Below are positions 37,788 through 50,600 of a stretch of DNA of 64,000 nucleotides, piece after piece. The notes under the pieces were generated by a model. It worked only from the letters and a program-made list of their open reading frames with translations, was not told where the DNA came from and did not search any database. The DNA lies in the NCBI RefSeq assembly GCF_027921745.1, contig NC_079238.1:3100001-3164000 (forward strand). Direction: 5' to 3'. Position 1 is the first letter of the stretch, and each line of letters begins with the position of its first letter. Made by a program: the position numbers and the translations under genes. The stretch is from Schizosaccharomyces osmophilus. Taxonomy: Eukaryota.

Positions 37788-38512
37788 CTGAAAAGTTTAC
37801 ACCAAAACTAAAGAAGTTTTAAGCATTGAAGTTTATAAGTTTTTGCTCATTAAGCTATGTATCTTATATTATTGACCTGGATGTTAGGCTTTTTTAGGGA
37901 ATGGAAGAATAAATTATTACTTATGAGTCTAATTTCTTAATTGGTTTTTTTCGTCTCGCTTTGTTTTATGTGTGTGCTAGACAAGATTTTTTGATGATAG
38001 TGACTATTCTGTCTAGTAAATTTGATATTTTTCAGTAATGAACATTGTTTCGTCCATGCAATCAATTTACGCTTTGTGGATCAATGTCTGTTTATGAATA
38101 TGTTATCATTCAGTCTGTGCTTGCAGTTGATGTGAAGAATCTCTCGATCTGTTTCGACACAGTTATAGTTGTCTTTGGTAGAATCTGCTGACTGTTTAAA
38201 GCATGCTGTCGACTTCGTTATTTTTTTTATGTTTTTATCCACCTATTATGTGGAACATATTTAATACAGAAATTTACTGTTTATGATAAAACGAGATTAT
38301 ATTATTCAGTCTTTGACTCCATTTACTTCTACCTTTGAACATATATGATGATCTTATTAGATTAATCCAAACCACTTTAAACAATACGAATGGAGTTGTA
38401 GCACTTTAGAGAGACATCGGGTATGTAGAACTGCCAGTAGGATGTGTCTCACGAAAGCATGAAGTGAAACCTAACAACAACACATACCTTAGTACAAAGA
38501 GTTTGCGAGGAA

Positions 38513-39508
38513 ATGAGTATCAGTTTAGCTTCTAGAGGAAGGAAAATTAAATCTTTACCTAAAAATCTCGAGTTTCCTTTGGATGGTTCAATTGACCAAC
38601 TGAAGGAAGAGATTTCTCAAAAAACTCGACTACCCATTGAACGGTTAAGACTGAGTACAGTCGACGGTACAGTGCTTATACCAGGGAAAACACTTAGAAA
38701 GTTTGGAATCGGCACTGGAACGACTATATGGGTAAAAGATCTAGGACCCCAAATAGGTTGGAGGACAGTCTATGTAATCGAGTACTTAGGTCCATTAATT
38801 ATCCATTCTCTTTTTGTTTTGGGTTTGAAACATGTATATCGACAGGAATTTAACCTGTCATTGAATCAAAAGATTGCCTTTATTATGATCATCTTGCATT
38901 TCTTGAAGCGTGAATATGAAAGTATATACGTTCATCGCTTTTCTTCTGCAACTATGCCGTTCCGAAATATTTTCAAGAATTGCTTTCATTACCACGTCCT
39001 TTCTGGTTTACTTCTTGCCTTTTTTATTTATGGTCCATGGCATTCCCAGGACTACATTTGTCCTAAGCTACTTGCCTTTTATAGTTTTGGTTGGACCGTA
39101 AGTTTTATTTCTTATCCAGATGTCAAACAGACACATCCATTCTTTGCTAACGCTTCTAGGTTTCCTTGCTATCCAACTTGAAGATTCATTTGAAGCTTCG
39201 GGATTTACGTCCTGAGGGTTCTTCCAAGCGTGCCATACCTTATGGATTTGGCTTCAACTGGGTTTCCTGTCCCAATTATTTTTTTGAATCTCTTGAATGG
39301 TTGTTTTTTGCTTTAATTACCAGGTCTTGGGCTTGTAAGTGAATGAATATTTTCTGCTTTGAAATCTAACCCAACTTTAGCTTGGCTGTTCTTGGCTGTT
39401 GGAAGTGCACAAATGTGGGTATGGGCTCAAAAGAAGCATCAGCGTTATGTCAAAGAATTCCCCAATTATCCCAAATCTCGTAAAGTCCTTATCCCTTATT
39501 TCATGTGA
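38513..39508 (+). CDS. tsc13: Very-long-chain enoyl-CoA reductase; introns 39098-39159, 39335-39380
   Basis: VKDLGPQIGWRTVYVIEYLGP, HRFSSATMP, VSCPNYFFE and C-terminal EFPNYPKSRKVLIPYFM*. Confidence 0.95.
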
Positions 39509-39816
39509 GGTACAAGACGCCTTTTCCATTTGGTTTCGTTTGATCTTTGCCTCATATACTTATGCTTGTTTTCCTTACATAGTTTTCATTCACGTGATGT
39601 TGAAACGTTAGAGTTTTTACCTTATTTACCCATACGGCTTGCTTCAGTCTTCCCTATATAGTCTCGCGCTACCATTGCCTATGCCCAGCCTTACAAGTGC
39701 TTCTTATTTTCGACAATGATATAATTTTACTATGTGAAAACAACTACATGTCTTAAACTCTCACTTTACCCCAAGTTTTTCCCCAAGGCAGGAGTATTAA
39801 ATTAAAACAAGCATAC

Positions 39817-39948
39817 GTAAATAAACACCAATAAACCTTATCTCGTATTGGAGATATGCATTTAAAAATAATTTAATGATGGATTTGGAAAATTGAATAG
39901 CTCCTTTTTATGCAGATCTGTTTGTTTACTATTTCGGAGTTTGTTTAC
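39817..39948. promoter_or_regulatory. Cluster of three FLEX (Mei4/forkhead) sites upstream of agn2
   Basis: GTAAATAAACA 39817-27; TGTTTGTTTAC 39919-29; TTGTTTAC 39941-48. Confidence 0.7.
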
Positions 39949-40066
39949 ATTGAAATTACTATAAATTCTAGGATAACCCAGTACTATCTCTGTGCCCATA
40001 CCTCTTACTACCAAGTCATTCCTTTATTGTTTTATTCCATCAAGAAGCAAGTAACTTTTAATATCC

Positions 40067-41482
40067 ATGGGAACCGATATTTGTTTTGCGAAAAAAATAC
40101 CTCAAAAATTTAAATCCTTCAAGTTCAAAAACCTTTTCAAGCATACGCCATTCTCCCCTTCTCATAAACAGTCTCAAGATGTAGCAGTGGAAACGGCTGA
40201 TCTTCCTGAAAAGGCTGTTGTAGCCCACTTCATGATGGGTTTGACAAGCACTTATCAACAGGCTGACTTTGAGTGGGATATTAACAATGCTATTGGTTAT
40301 GGGTTAGACGGATTTGCTTTGAACTTTGGCAACGATAGTTGGATGATGGAGAAGCTTCAGCTAGTGTATAAAGCTGCTGATGCAGTAAACAAAAATTTCA
40401 AGCTATATTTGAATTTGGACATGGCAGCAATGGGCAGTGTTCCCGCTAGTGTTGTGACAAATTATGTCAAAACGTTTGCCCAGAGTAAACACCAAGCTAC
40501 CATTGATGGTAAAGTATTGGTTGGAACATTTTCTGGAGAAACAGTTACTTTCGGAGAGGCCAATGCTAACAATGGTTGGCAAACCGAAGTCAAAGACGCA
40601 TTAGCATCCGCTAAAATTGATATCTTCTTCTTGCCTTGTTGGTCCCTTGACGCTAGCGACATTTATGAAAATAATACTGTTGCTGATGCATTTTTCAAAT
40701 GGAACAGTTGGCCTTACTACAGTGGAACTCCTCTGTCTGATTCCGAAGATCAAACCTTCTTGCAGCATGCCAAGTCCACAAAAAAGAAGTATATGGGCGG
40801 TGTAAGTCCATGTATGTTCACCCACTTTGCCTCGAAAAATTTTGTATTTTTCTCGGAGGGCTTGTGGTATAGTAGATGGATGCAAATGATTCAACTTCAA
40901 CCCGACTATCTTCAGGTTATTACTTGGAATGACTATGGTGAAAGCCATTACATTGGTCCTACAAACAATAATGCAGCATTCCCTGTAGATGGTACCAATG
41001 CTCACGATTGGGTTGATGCTTTCACCCATGTTCCATTGGCCGCAACTTTGCCTTACTTTATTCAAATGTACAAGCAAGGAACAACTGGTCTTCCATCTAA
41101 CTTTCAAGGCCCTTCAACACTTTTCTATACTTATCGCATTCATTCTAAGAATGCTAAAGCTAATGGGGATTCAATTGGCCAACCTGACAACAGTCAGAAT
41201 TCTAAAGATGAAATTGATGTGATTGCCTTTTCAAGCTCTAGCTTCACTTTGAAGGTGTCTGTAAATGGTACCGTTTTGGGTAGCGCTAACATGAAAGCTG
41301 GTGTGACAGCAAATAGTTTCAGCTTTGTACAAAACAATGCAACTGTTTCTGGTCTTCCTCTCTTCCAAATCTTCAAGGGAGCTAGCGAAGTATCACAAGG
41401 TACCGGCCCGCTTAGTATTTTAGCAGATGACAGCGTTCCTCAATACAACTTCAATCTTAGTTGCGGTGCAGTTTATTGGTGA
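40067..41482 (+). CDS. agn2: GH71 endo-1,3-alpha-glucanase (ascus lysis type, no signal peptide)
   Basis: KAVVAHFMMG, GLDGFALNFG, QVITWNDYGESHYIGP and C-terminal YNFN. Confidence 0.93.
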   Translation: MGTDICFAKKIPQKFKSFKFKNLFKHTPFSPSHKQSQDVAVETADLPEKAVVAHFMMGLTSTYQQADFEWDINNAIGYGLDGFALNFGNDSWMMEKLQLVYKAADAVNKNFKLYLNLDMAAMGSVPASVVTNYVKTFAQSKHQATIDGKVLVGTFSGETVTFGEANANNGWQTEVKDALASAKIDIFFLPCWSLDASDIYENNTVADAFFKWNSWPYYSGTPLSDSEDQTFLQHAKSTKKKYMGGVSPCMFTHFASKNFVFFSEGLWYSRWMQMIQLQPDYLQVITWNDYGESHYIGPTNNNAAFPVDGTNAHDWVDAFTHVPLAATLPYFIQMYKQGTTGLPSNFQGPSTLFYTYRIHSKNAKANGDSIGQPDNSQNSKDEIDVIAFSSSSFTLKVSVNGTVLGSANMKAGVTANSFSFVQNNATVSGLPLFQIFKGASEVSQGTGPLSILADDSVPQYNFNLSCGAVYW

Positions 41483-42194
41483 TAATTGTAGATTACTAAT
41501 GTTATTAAGATGAAATAACCCGGGATTTAATGGGTGAAAAAAATACTTACTTTTGATGGCTTTTTGCAATAAAGGAATGCACTTTGGTTTTTTACTAAGT
41601 AAAAGGCCAAGCCTTACCGATTACGGTTTTTCTTAATTAAATTAATTATTCTAATTTGTTTTTCTAAAAAGTTATTGTGAGGATCGGCGATAGTTTTGGT
41701 GGTCAGTATTCGTAACTTCCTTTGTGTATGTGATGTTTTCATTTATTGGGTATTATTAACTGCTGTTAAAGGTTTATAATGTTTGGTTTCAATGGCTGGG
41801 TGAATTTTGAGTGTTTTGTTTTCTGTATTAACTGTTATGTTTAAAATGTTTTGAATGGGGAAGTTTGTAGAGTTGGGAGCAGAGAAGATATAGAGGCAGC
41901 TAGGAGGTTTAAATGATTACATTCTTTTAATTATGCAGAATTAATCCTTTACAATTTATTTTAACTGAATGAAGCGACAAAATTCATTTAAAATTACAGT
42001 ATCAAGTAATTCGTTAACGATAATCTTATATGCTGAGTGATATTATATTAACAAATTAATGAACGTTGCTATGATAAACATACGCGGGGATTACAAAGCG
42101 AAGGTAGACGACCTACTTTGGGTAAAAACTCTTTATTTCCACCACAACCAAGTAGAAAACTAACTGGGTTAAGTGAAAACATAATAGAAAAAAC

Positions 42195-43592
42195 ATGCTA
42201 TCTGAATTATCAAATCGTGTTGAAGAGTTTCGATGCATATGTCAATATAAGTTATGGCACGATGTACCAACTTTCGCTGAAGACGAAGAGCTTCCTCATG
42301 ACATTCGCCAATGCTATATCTTTTTGGACAAGACATCTCGATCCTTTTCAGCAGTCATCAAGACACTTCCAGATCAACTGAGAGAAGCTATAATGCTGTT
42401 TTATCTGATCCTTCGAGCATTGGATACAGTGGAGGATGATATGACCTTGCCTTTAGACAAGAAAATTCCTATATTAAGGTCATTCCATGAGAAAATTGAA
42501 CAAAAAGGGTGGAATTTTCAGGAGTCTGGTCCCAATGAAAAAGATAGGGAAGTCTTAGTAAAGTTTGATATCGTTATTTCTGAATTCCTAAAGCTTGATG
42601 AAGGCTATCGAAACGTTATTCGTAAAAGCACCAGAGAAATGGGTGAGGGAATGGCTCATTATGTGACTTTGTCTGGAAAGAACGATGGATTTTCTGTTAG
42701 TACGGTACATGACTATGATCAATACTGTCATTATGTAGCTGGATTGGTGGGTATTGGATTGTCACGGTTGTTTGCCGAGTCTCAATTGGAAGATCCAGAA
42801 TTTGCTCATGCTGTAACCATCTCCAACTCTCTTGGTTTGTTCTTACAGAAGACAAATATTATCCGTGATTATCGTGAAGACTTTGATGATAACAGACACT
42901 TTTGGCCCAAAGAAATCTGGTCAAAGTATGTCACGAACTTTGGCGAATTTTGCCAACCGGAAAACTCAGAAAAAGCACTTACTTGTCTTTCTGAAATGAC
43001 TGCTAATGCTTTAACTCATGCTACGGATGCTCTCACCTACATTGCTTCTTTACAGGACCAGAAAATTTTTAATTTTGTTGCTATCCCTCAGGTTATGGCC
43101 ATTGCAACCCTATCAGTTGTTTTTAGAAACCCTACAGTGTTCCAAACTAACGTTAAGATCCGCAAAGGTCAAGCAGTTCAGATTGTACTTCATTCCGTTA
43201 ACATAAAAAATGTTTGTGATTTGTTCTTGCGCTACACTCGCCAGATTCATTACAAGAATACGCCTAAGGATCCCAACTTTTTGAAAATTTCTATTCAGTG
43301 CGGAAATATTGAACAAGCCTGCGAAACAATCTTCCCTCGTCGTTACCGCGAACTTTACGACAAGGTATTTTCTGAGAAGCTTTTCCAAGAAAAGAAGGGA
43401 AACGTAAAGGATGAATCCGCGAAAGTTGCTATTTCCGAAGAAGTTCGTCAACAGCACAAAAAAGATATGACTGATCTCGGTATTAGTGTCGGTATCGTTT
43501 TATTGATTGTATTCAGTTGTGTGGGTATTCTCTTTTACGTTCTTGGCTTAAGCTTTTCAATTTCAGATTTGAAGAATTTAAAATTGATGTAA
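42195..43592 (+). CDS. erg9: Squalene synthase
   Basis: TSRSFSAVI, LDTVEDD, YCHYVAGLVG, GLFLQKTNIIRDYRED and a C-terminal transmembrane anchor. Confidence 0.97.
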   Translation: MLSELSNRVEEFRCICQYKLWHDVPTFAEDEELPHDIRQCYIFLDKTSRSFSAVIKTLPDQLREAIMLFYLILRALDTVEDDMTLPLDKKIPILRSFHEKIEQKGWNFQESGPNEKDREVLVKFDIVISEFLKLDEGYRNVIRKSTREMGEGMAHYVTLSGKNDGFSVSTVHDYDQYCHYVAGLVGIGLSRLFAESQLEDPEFAHAVTISNSLGLFLQKTNIIRDYREDFDDNRHFWPKEIWSKYVTNFGEFCQPENSEKALTCLSEMTANALTHATDALTYIASLQDQKIFNFVAIPQVMAIATLSVVFRNPTVFQTNVKIRKGQAVQIVLHSVNIKNVCDLFLRYTRQIHYKNTPKDPNFLKISIQCGNIEQACETIFPRRYRELYDKVFSEKLFQEKKGNVKDESAKVAISEEVRQQHKKDMTDLGISVGIVLLIVFSCVGILFYVLGLSFSISDLKNLKLM

Positions 43593-43843
43593 TAATATAG
43601 AAAAGCTCACGTTAATATGGTTAATTTGAAATTAATTTCAGCATAATTTAATCTCATTACTTTTGAAGTATTGGTTGTATATTGAAAGCCTTATTTTCAT
43701 TTCATCTTCATTTCCTATTACGAAATTAAGCAGTTTAGCATAATAAAAAGAAAAAGCTAAAAAGACTAAGAAATATTATTTTAACAATCAGTAGCCACAC
43801 TTAAGGTGTACATATACCTGTTTTTCCTTTTCTGTTTATACAT

Positions 43844-45605
43844 TTATGCTGTAGAAATCTTTTGACGTTTCATGGTCTGTACATGGTTAGTTGGCCTTCT
43901 TTAACAAAAAAAACTTACTTCGTTATTATTGCCAGCGTCATTCAAAGATCTCTTTTTAGAGGACTTGGGTTTTTCTTCTCCTGGTTCAAACACTTCATCA
44001 GGCAAATTAACACTATACCGTTAGTAAATTTGAAAGCATATAGCATATTACATACTTTCTAGTATTCTTAATAAAAACGTTCACTTGAGTTTCATCATAT
44101 CTTTCCCATTTTTTACACAATTCATAAAACTCTTGAGCAGGCCAGGATATATCAAGCTTTTTGATGGGTTGTCCCTTTTTCTTCTCTAGTTCTAAGCCAA
44201 TGTAAAAAGTAGTGGTATAAACAGGATAAATGTTTTTTTCATCCTTTTCATCCTCATTTTCGGTTTGTCCATTGGCGTCAGCAGCTAGTCTCTCAAGATC
44301 AGCGGACTGTGAGGCAACGTCTAAAGAGATTCCACTCGCTAGCTGATGTGCTTCTTCTTCTGATTTACAGTTATGAATTTTATCAAATCCTTTATTAAAG
44401 GGATGAGCCAAAGCTATAGCTTCCACCAACTCCAACCTAGTAACGAGGTGACGAAGCTTTGATTCCACCAAACCCGACCATTTCAATTGTCCTTCTGCAG
44501 TTTTTGATGCTGCAGTAATCATTAAATAATGCTTATAACGATGGAAAAAATCATGCTTTTGGAATAATGCCGACCAACCTACGGATCCAACCATAATCTG
44601 GTCGGCAATTTCTCCAGCACGAACCATTTCACTGAGGATGATAGCTTGAGTAGAAGGTGTAATATTATGGGTTGCGCACATCGAAGGGTAAGCAGGTGTA
44701 ATAATAGGCATCCGATGGGCTTTATCAGATGGGTATAGTTTAGGATTCCAAATACGTACTTGGAGAGGGCCATCTTCAATTGGTTTTAATAAAATTGGTT
44801 GAGGCCAATTCCATTGATGTAGGATACGGAAAAACTTTGCAACAATAACAGAAGACACAGCATTCGGGTATAGCTGACAAATTCTAGCAACCATCATTGC
44901 CCATGCGACACCACCAGGGAATCCAATCACATTTGCATAAATGGCACGGCGCTGAGCCCAAAACTTAACAGCTCGTAACGCATGTTTGAAAACAGCGCGA
45001 TTAGGCACGAGTTGTAAAATTTGGTCAGTAACACGCGTACCGTTTAAACTCAGGATACAGCGTTCTTCAACTCCTTTTAATAAATTATTATCCGATAACT
45101 CTAAACTCCTAGGTACTTTGGGTACCGAAAGTCGTGCAAAAATTAAGTCAATGCTAATATCAAAGTACTTGAATTTAATAATTGGGACATATGCATCCGG
45201 AACAGAAGCTAATTCAGTAATCTCTTCCCGTTCACGTAACATAGGCTCCAAATCTTGGAAAAAGTTTTCTCGTGAAACATGCTTGGGCACAACGAGCAAG
45301 GTATCTATATCTGAACCAGGGCCATAAACACCTAAGCGATAACTACCGTAAGTAAAGATCTTACCACCTGCTTCGTTAGCCATCTTCTCATTCATATGCT
45401 TTGCCAAAGACACTTTCTTCACAAATTCAGTAGCAATGCGCTGCAAGTCATCTAGCACTTTGATACGTCTTTCTGATTCAGCAGACGACTCGAAAAGGTT
45501 CTGATGTTTCAATTCATCGATTAACGCGGTATTTAGAGCGTTTTCCTGCTCAGTCGATGGAGCAGTACTAATGGGAGGAGTAATTCCCCATTGCTTCACA
45601 CTCAT
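43844..45605 (-). CDS. pla1: Poly(A) polymerase; introns 44013-44055, 43877-43918
   Basis: GSYRLGVYGPGSDIDTL nucleotidyltransferase motif; last exon TMKRQKISTA*. Confidence 0.96.
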
Positions 45606-45970
45606 TCCTCCAGTTTACTAAAAGTTTCCAAGAGTAACGCTACTTCTTAATTAGAAAACTGATAAAGTACAATCCGCCAGTACTTATATGGAAGTAAGTA
45701 GTATACTAGCAATATGCCGAGAGACTTAATCAGAGCTAATAAATTAACGAAATTTGCTTCACGTCGTTAGTAAACAATATTGTATTTAGGATTTTATTTT
45801 CATTATAGTTTTAAATTGAGACATAAATAAATAATCATTCATTATCTTAAAGACTAAGATACTGGTTTGATGAGGTTCGTCAAAATCCCAGAAAACTCAC
45901 AAGTATATTGAAAATCGTATATTGAATGCAAATAATTTCCCTATTTTTTGACTATTATTTTCAAAATCAC

Positions 45971-47458
45971 TTAACAAAAAGCGTTGGAAAGAGATAATAA
46001 AGAATCATCATCGCCATATTGAGCAATAATCTGTATTCCCATTGGTAAGCCATTATGTACTTGTCCAAAAGGAATGCTTATGGAAGGCAATCCTGCTAAG
46101 TTTGCTGGTACCAACATACTGTCCGACAAAAAGTCAGAAGATGTCTTGGTTCCAATTGGCATACTGGGTTTTAAAAAGGAAGGTGTAACAATAAAATCAA
46201 TGTCTCCGGAAGGATCAAGACCGTGTAAAGAGGGAATCCGAAAACTACCATTGAATTCCTTCTGGACAGCTCTTCTTAATAATTGAGCTTTTCTGTGGAA
46301 CCCCAATTTTTTGCTACATAAGTTAGTCCAGTGATGATATTAAATAACTTACCCGGAGGAGAGAGAATAAGCACCAAGCAGTAATCGCTTTTTCACCTCT
46401 TCTCCAAAATATGCAGATCTAGAACTTAATGATGGCCCTAGATCTTGACCATTTGACCCGAAGATGGCATTATTATAGCGCGCTAAATTGGAGGCACCTT
46501 CAGCATAAGCCAAAGAAGTATATATACCCACTCCATACAGAGAGTATGGAAGATAAATTTCTTTTATCTCATAACCTTCAGATTTAAGCAAAGAGATGAA
46601 TTCATTCCATTTTGACAATACTTCCTTGTCTGTTTCAGCGACGTTCCAATTTGTTGGAACACCTATGACACTAGGCTTCTCAGTTTTTTTATGCTTTTTG
46701 CAATGTGCATTAATCTTTGTGCGCATCTCTGTACTTAAACAGGTTGCATCTTTTGGATCCGCGTGATTCAATAAACCGAACACGGTTGTTATGCCCTCAA
46801 CATCCTTTGCCATAATTCCCATTGTATCCATGCTGTTGGCAAAAGGCACAGCACCATAACGAGAAATTCTTCCAAACGAAGGCTTAAAACCAACACAGCC
46901 GATATAAGCAGCAGGTAGCCTCACAGATCCTCCCGTATCCGTACCAATTGATGCATAACAAATGTCCGCCGCAACTGATGCTGAGCATCCACCAGAACTT
47001 CCACCCACTTGGTATAACTTGTCTTTATCTTCACTCAATGGGAATACTGTTTGTCCATATAACGCATTATTCGTAGTCGTACCCATTGCAAACTCATCCA
47101 TGTTCGTTTTCCCAACAATTAAACCTCCATTTTCTTTTAGGGTTTTGACTAGAGTAGCTTCGAAGGGTGAAACATAGTCTAAAAAAATGTAAGTATCTTT
47201 GGTATTCAACCAATTGAGAAATTTGGTTTGCATACCACTTAAATATCTAGAACCGCAACTTGTGGGCCAGTAATCTGTACATAGATTATCTTTCACTGTC
47301 AATATTCTGCCACTCAATGGAAGCTCTGTAGTGTTCTTATTAGCCAGTTCCCTTATTGCATGTTTAACTGAATCAGCAGTATGGAAAGAAGTCAAAGAAT
47401 TGACTTTAACATCTTTCAAAGCCGCCGATACACACTTTGTTACTAAATTTTGAGCCAT
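45971..47458 (-). CDS. gatA: Mitochondrial glutamyl-tRNA(Gln) amidotransferase subunit A (amidase); introns 47179-47235, 46314-46352
   Basis: VKDNLCT, GKTNMDEFAMG, GGSSGG, GTDTGGSVRLPA and ANLAGLPSISIP. Confidence 0.92.
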
Positions 47459-47680
47459 GTACTTTAAAACTCAAGAGTACCATATGGATGACCCCTCTAA
47501 ATGTCACTGGCTTCAATGGGAATCTGGACTGTGTGTGTTTAGTAGACGGTGTTCGTAAGGCTTCGGCATTTAGTCATTTTAACAAAATGAATTATTTATC
47601 TTATATTCAATTAGTATTTGGACCAAATTATAAGGAATAATTTATATTCAGCTGAACTTAGCTAGGAAACATTATTTATT

Positions 47681-50600
47681 CTATGAATTCATTATCTGAA
47701 GCTTTTTCTTGGTCATTTCGACCACATAATTTGAGAGATGAATCAAATTCTCAATTTCAAATTGCTCAACATGGTCTCCGATTTTATGTGAGTTTGGGTA
47801 TATCTTTCCTGTAGTCAACAATAATTTTCCTGGAGTAGCCAATGCTTTGTCACGAAGAGGGCCCAGATGAACAGCCTTTTCAAACAATTCTTTAGAAGAA
47901 AGAACATATAGTCCATATTGAGCGTGAGATATTGCTTTTGTGAAGGCTCCTAAGGACCATTGCTCTGGATCATTCACAGACGAAACTGTTGTAAAAATCA
48001 TATATTTTACATGCTTTTCCAGATCTTTTGCGGTCTCAACAAATAACGGCAAGCCAAAAAAGGAATTGTTGGAACAGCGTACATTCAGAATTTCGCGTAG
48101 TAAAGCTACCTGACTACCATAGAGAGTGCAAATTCCAATTTCATCAGCGGGATAACCAAGCATCCTCATATACTGGTATATGGCTATCGCATATTCAGCT
48201 TCACCAAGATTTTGCTTGCTTCCTTTTACTAATTCGGTTTCTTTCGCTCCTTTGAATGGACCTACATCAATAAACTGATATTCGTTTACAAATCCCGAAT
48301 TTCCATGCAAGCAAGTACTCGTATCAGTCGTATCAACATATTGAAATTGAAGGTTATACTGCCAGTCAATAAGTTCGCCGATTGACTTGCGTGTATTGTA
48401 CTTTGTTTTCAATTGATGACAAAAAACCCCAAATTGTCGAAGTTTTTCTGAGAAAGAGAATGTTGGAGTACTCGAAATTTCAAAATTACGGTACAAATTT
48501 GCTCTATCATCTCCAAAACAAATTATCCTTTTTGTACCAGAGTTGCTTTCGTTTAAGGTAAGCAATTTAGATACAGTATATTCTGAGATACTTTCAGAAT
48601 CCAAAACAATTAAATTTTCGAACGAGAATCCTTTTTCGGATAATATAGGAAGACGCTTCAGTACTTCTTCCCACGTAGTTCCGACAATATTAGCTTGTTG
48701 ACAGAGAGCGTAAATTTCACAATCTGTTGAACGCTTGAAAAACGTGTAAGGCTGTATGTAACGTATTGTCGTAAACAAATGGAAAATTTCATGATACAAT
48801 GATATTACTTTGTCCAAAATTCGAGAAGCATCATCCGGAACTTCATTTGAGCGGCCTTGAAAAAACGTTTTGAAAGGGAAGGCGTCCCAAATATTTCGAA
48901 AGTTAGAAGAAGAAGCCAAGTTAGAAAATTTATTCCACGCTGGATTCACAAAAGCGCCATAAAAATATAAAGCAGTTTCTGGGTTACTACCATATGCGCC
49001 TATCACATTCATTGATGAAGCAAGGCGATCGACTTCTGCCAGGAGATAAGGGAGTTTTGAAATTAAATACCTAATGGTTCCGTATGAAGTATAGTCATCT
49101 CTATCGCTTTGTCGACCCAAACATAATATACGCCCTTCATCAAAGCAACTAGCCTCTTCCATTAAATGGAACAGTCTATTTAAAGAATCATTCGCTTTGC
49201 AAACCACTAGAGTTCTTTTATTCTGAAAGTTTTTGTTGAGAGTCTCTAATATTTTGCAGACCAATGTATGCTTTCCGGCCTGAGAAGGTCCATTGACAAG
49301 CGTTAAGCCTGGCTGCAAAGAATTAAGTACTGCAGAACACTGTTCATCATTAAAATATACTTTCTTTTGTGTTGATATGTGAGGATGCTCATCATTTTCC
49401 GTCTCTATTAAGGTTTTGTCTCGTTGATAACGTATAAACATTGGATCCACGAAATTATTTAAATTGGTATTTGCATTTGAAAAAAGTTTATTCAATTGCT
49501 CATTAGAAGAAATTATATCCTTTATGCTGACATCGTTGCTTCCAACGTTGGGAAAAGTGACAAGATTTGGAGCACCAAAGCCAAGAAAACAATCTAAAAG
49601 CCATTTTGGAAAATTTCCAGTCTTTTTTAACAGTAATCGATCTGCTAATATTTCATTCCAAGTATCCTTAACTGAAGATGATATAGTAACCATGTAATTG
49701 AAGTCCATTGCCTCCGGAAATACTCCTTCTTTTTCAACCATATCTGAGTAAAAAAGAGGATCTATATAAATGTCCATACTTTTAGAATTATTTTCCTTAA
49801 TTCCATTTCCTTCTGCGTCAACTTGACTCGTAAAAGGTTGACCAAATGCAAGATTTACACAACTCTCAAGGCCCTGGGATGACATTTGCTGTTTCTGACC
49901 AGCAATTGAAAGCAAGCAAACAAATGTGTTTTTGTCAATTAGGTCAACATATTTCTTTTTTTCGGTATCCAAATCCACCTTGCAATGAATATACTGAGGG
50001 TATATTTCACCAACAAGTGGAGGTGCAGTTTTTTGAATCCGACATCTTTTGACTGGAATTAAAGCGTTAGAGCTTTTCTGGACACCATCTCCTTTATATA
50101 GACCGTGGTTACATGCATAAGAGATTTCTGTGGTAACTTTATTGTGTAAATCACCGTACAATGCATGCAAGTTTCGTTGAAAAAAGGAAGATACGGAAAG
50201 ATTCTGAAAAGTATACCCCTGGAAGTCATTAAAAGGAACTCTCAACTCCTGACTTTCAGTCGCCTTTCGTTCCGCAAAATTCAAATCATCGAGAGATATA
50301 TGAATTATTTCATTTGATGAATTCAAGAATGAGTTCTGTTGATGTTTTTCGAAAGCTGAGATAAACAACTCTTTTAGAAATGGATGAAATAATTTTATAG
50401 GATAAGTTTGAGTAAAATTAGTTCTCAAATGACATTTTTGACATAAACCCTTTAAATCATCAAATGTAAGACAATTGGTAATTTTCTCCAGATTTTCACG
50501 TTTCTGGAACCAGCTATGAGGAAAGAACAAAAGATTTTGTAAGCGATCTTGATAAAACCTAAACAGAGTAGTCTGTAAAGAATGGTATAGTAGTTCATCC

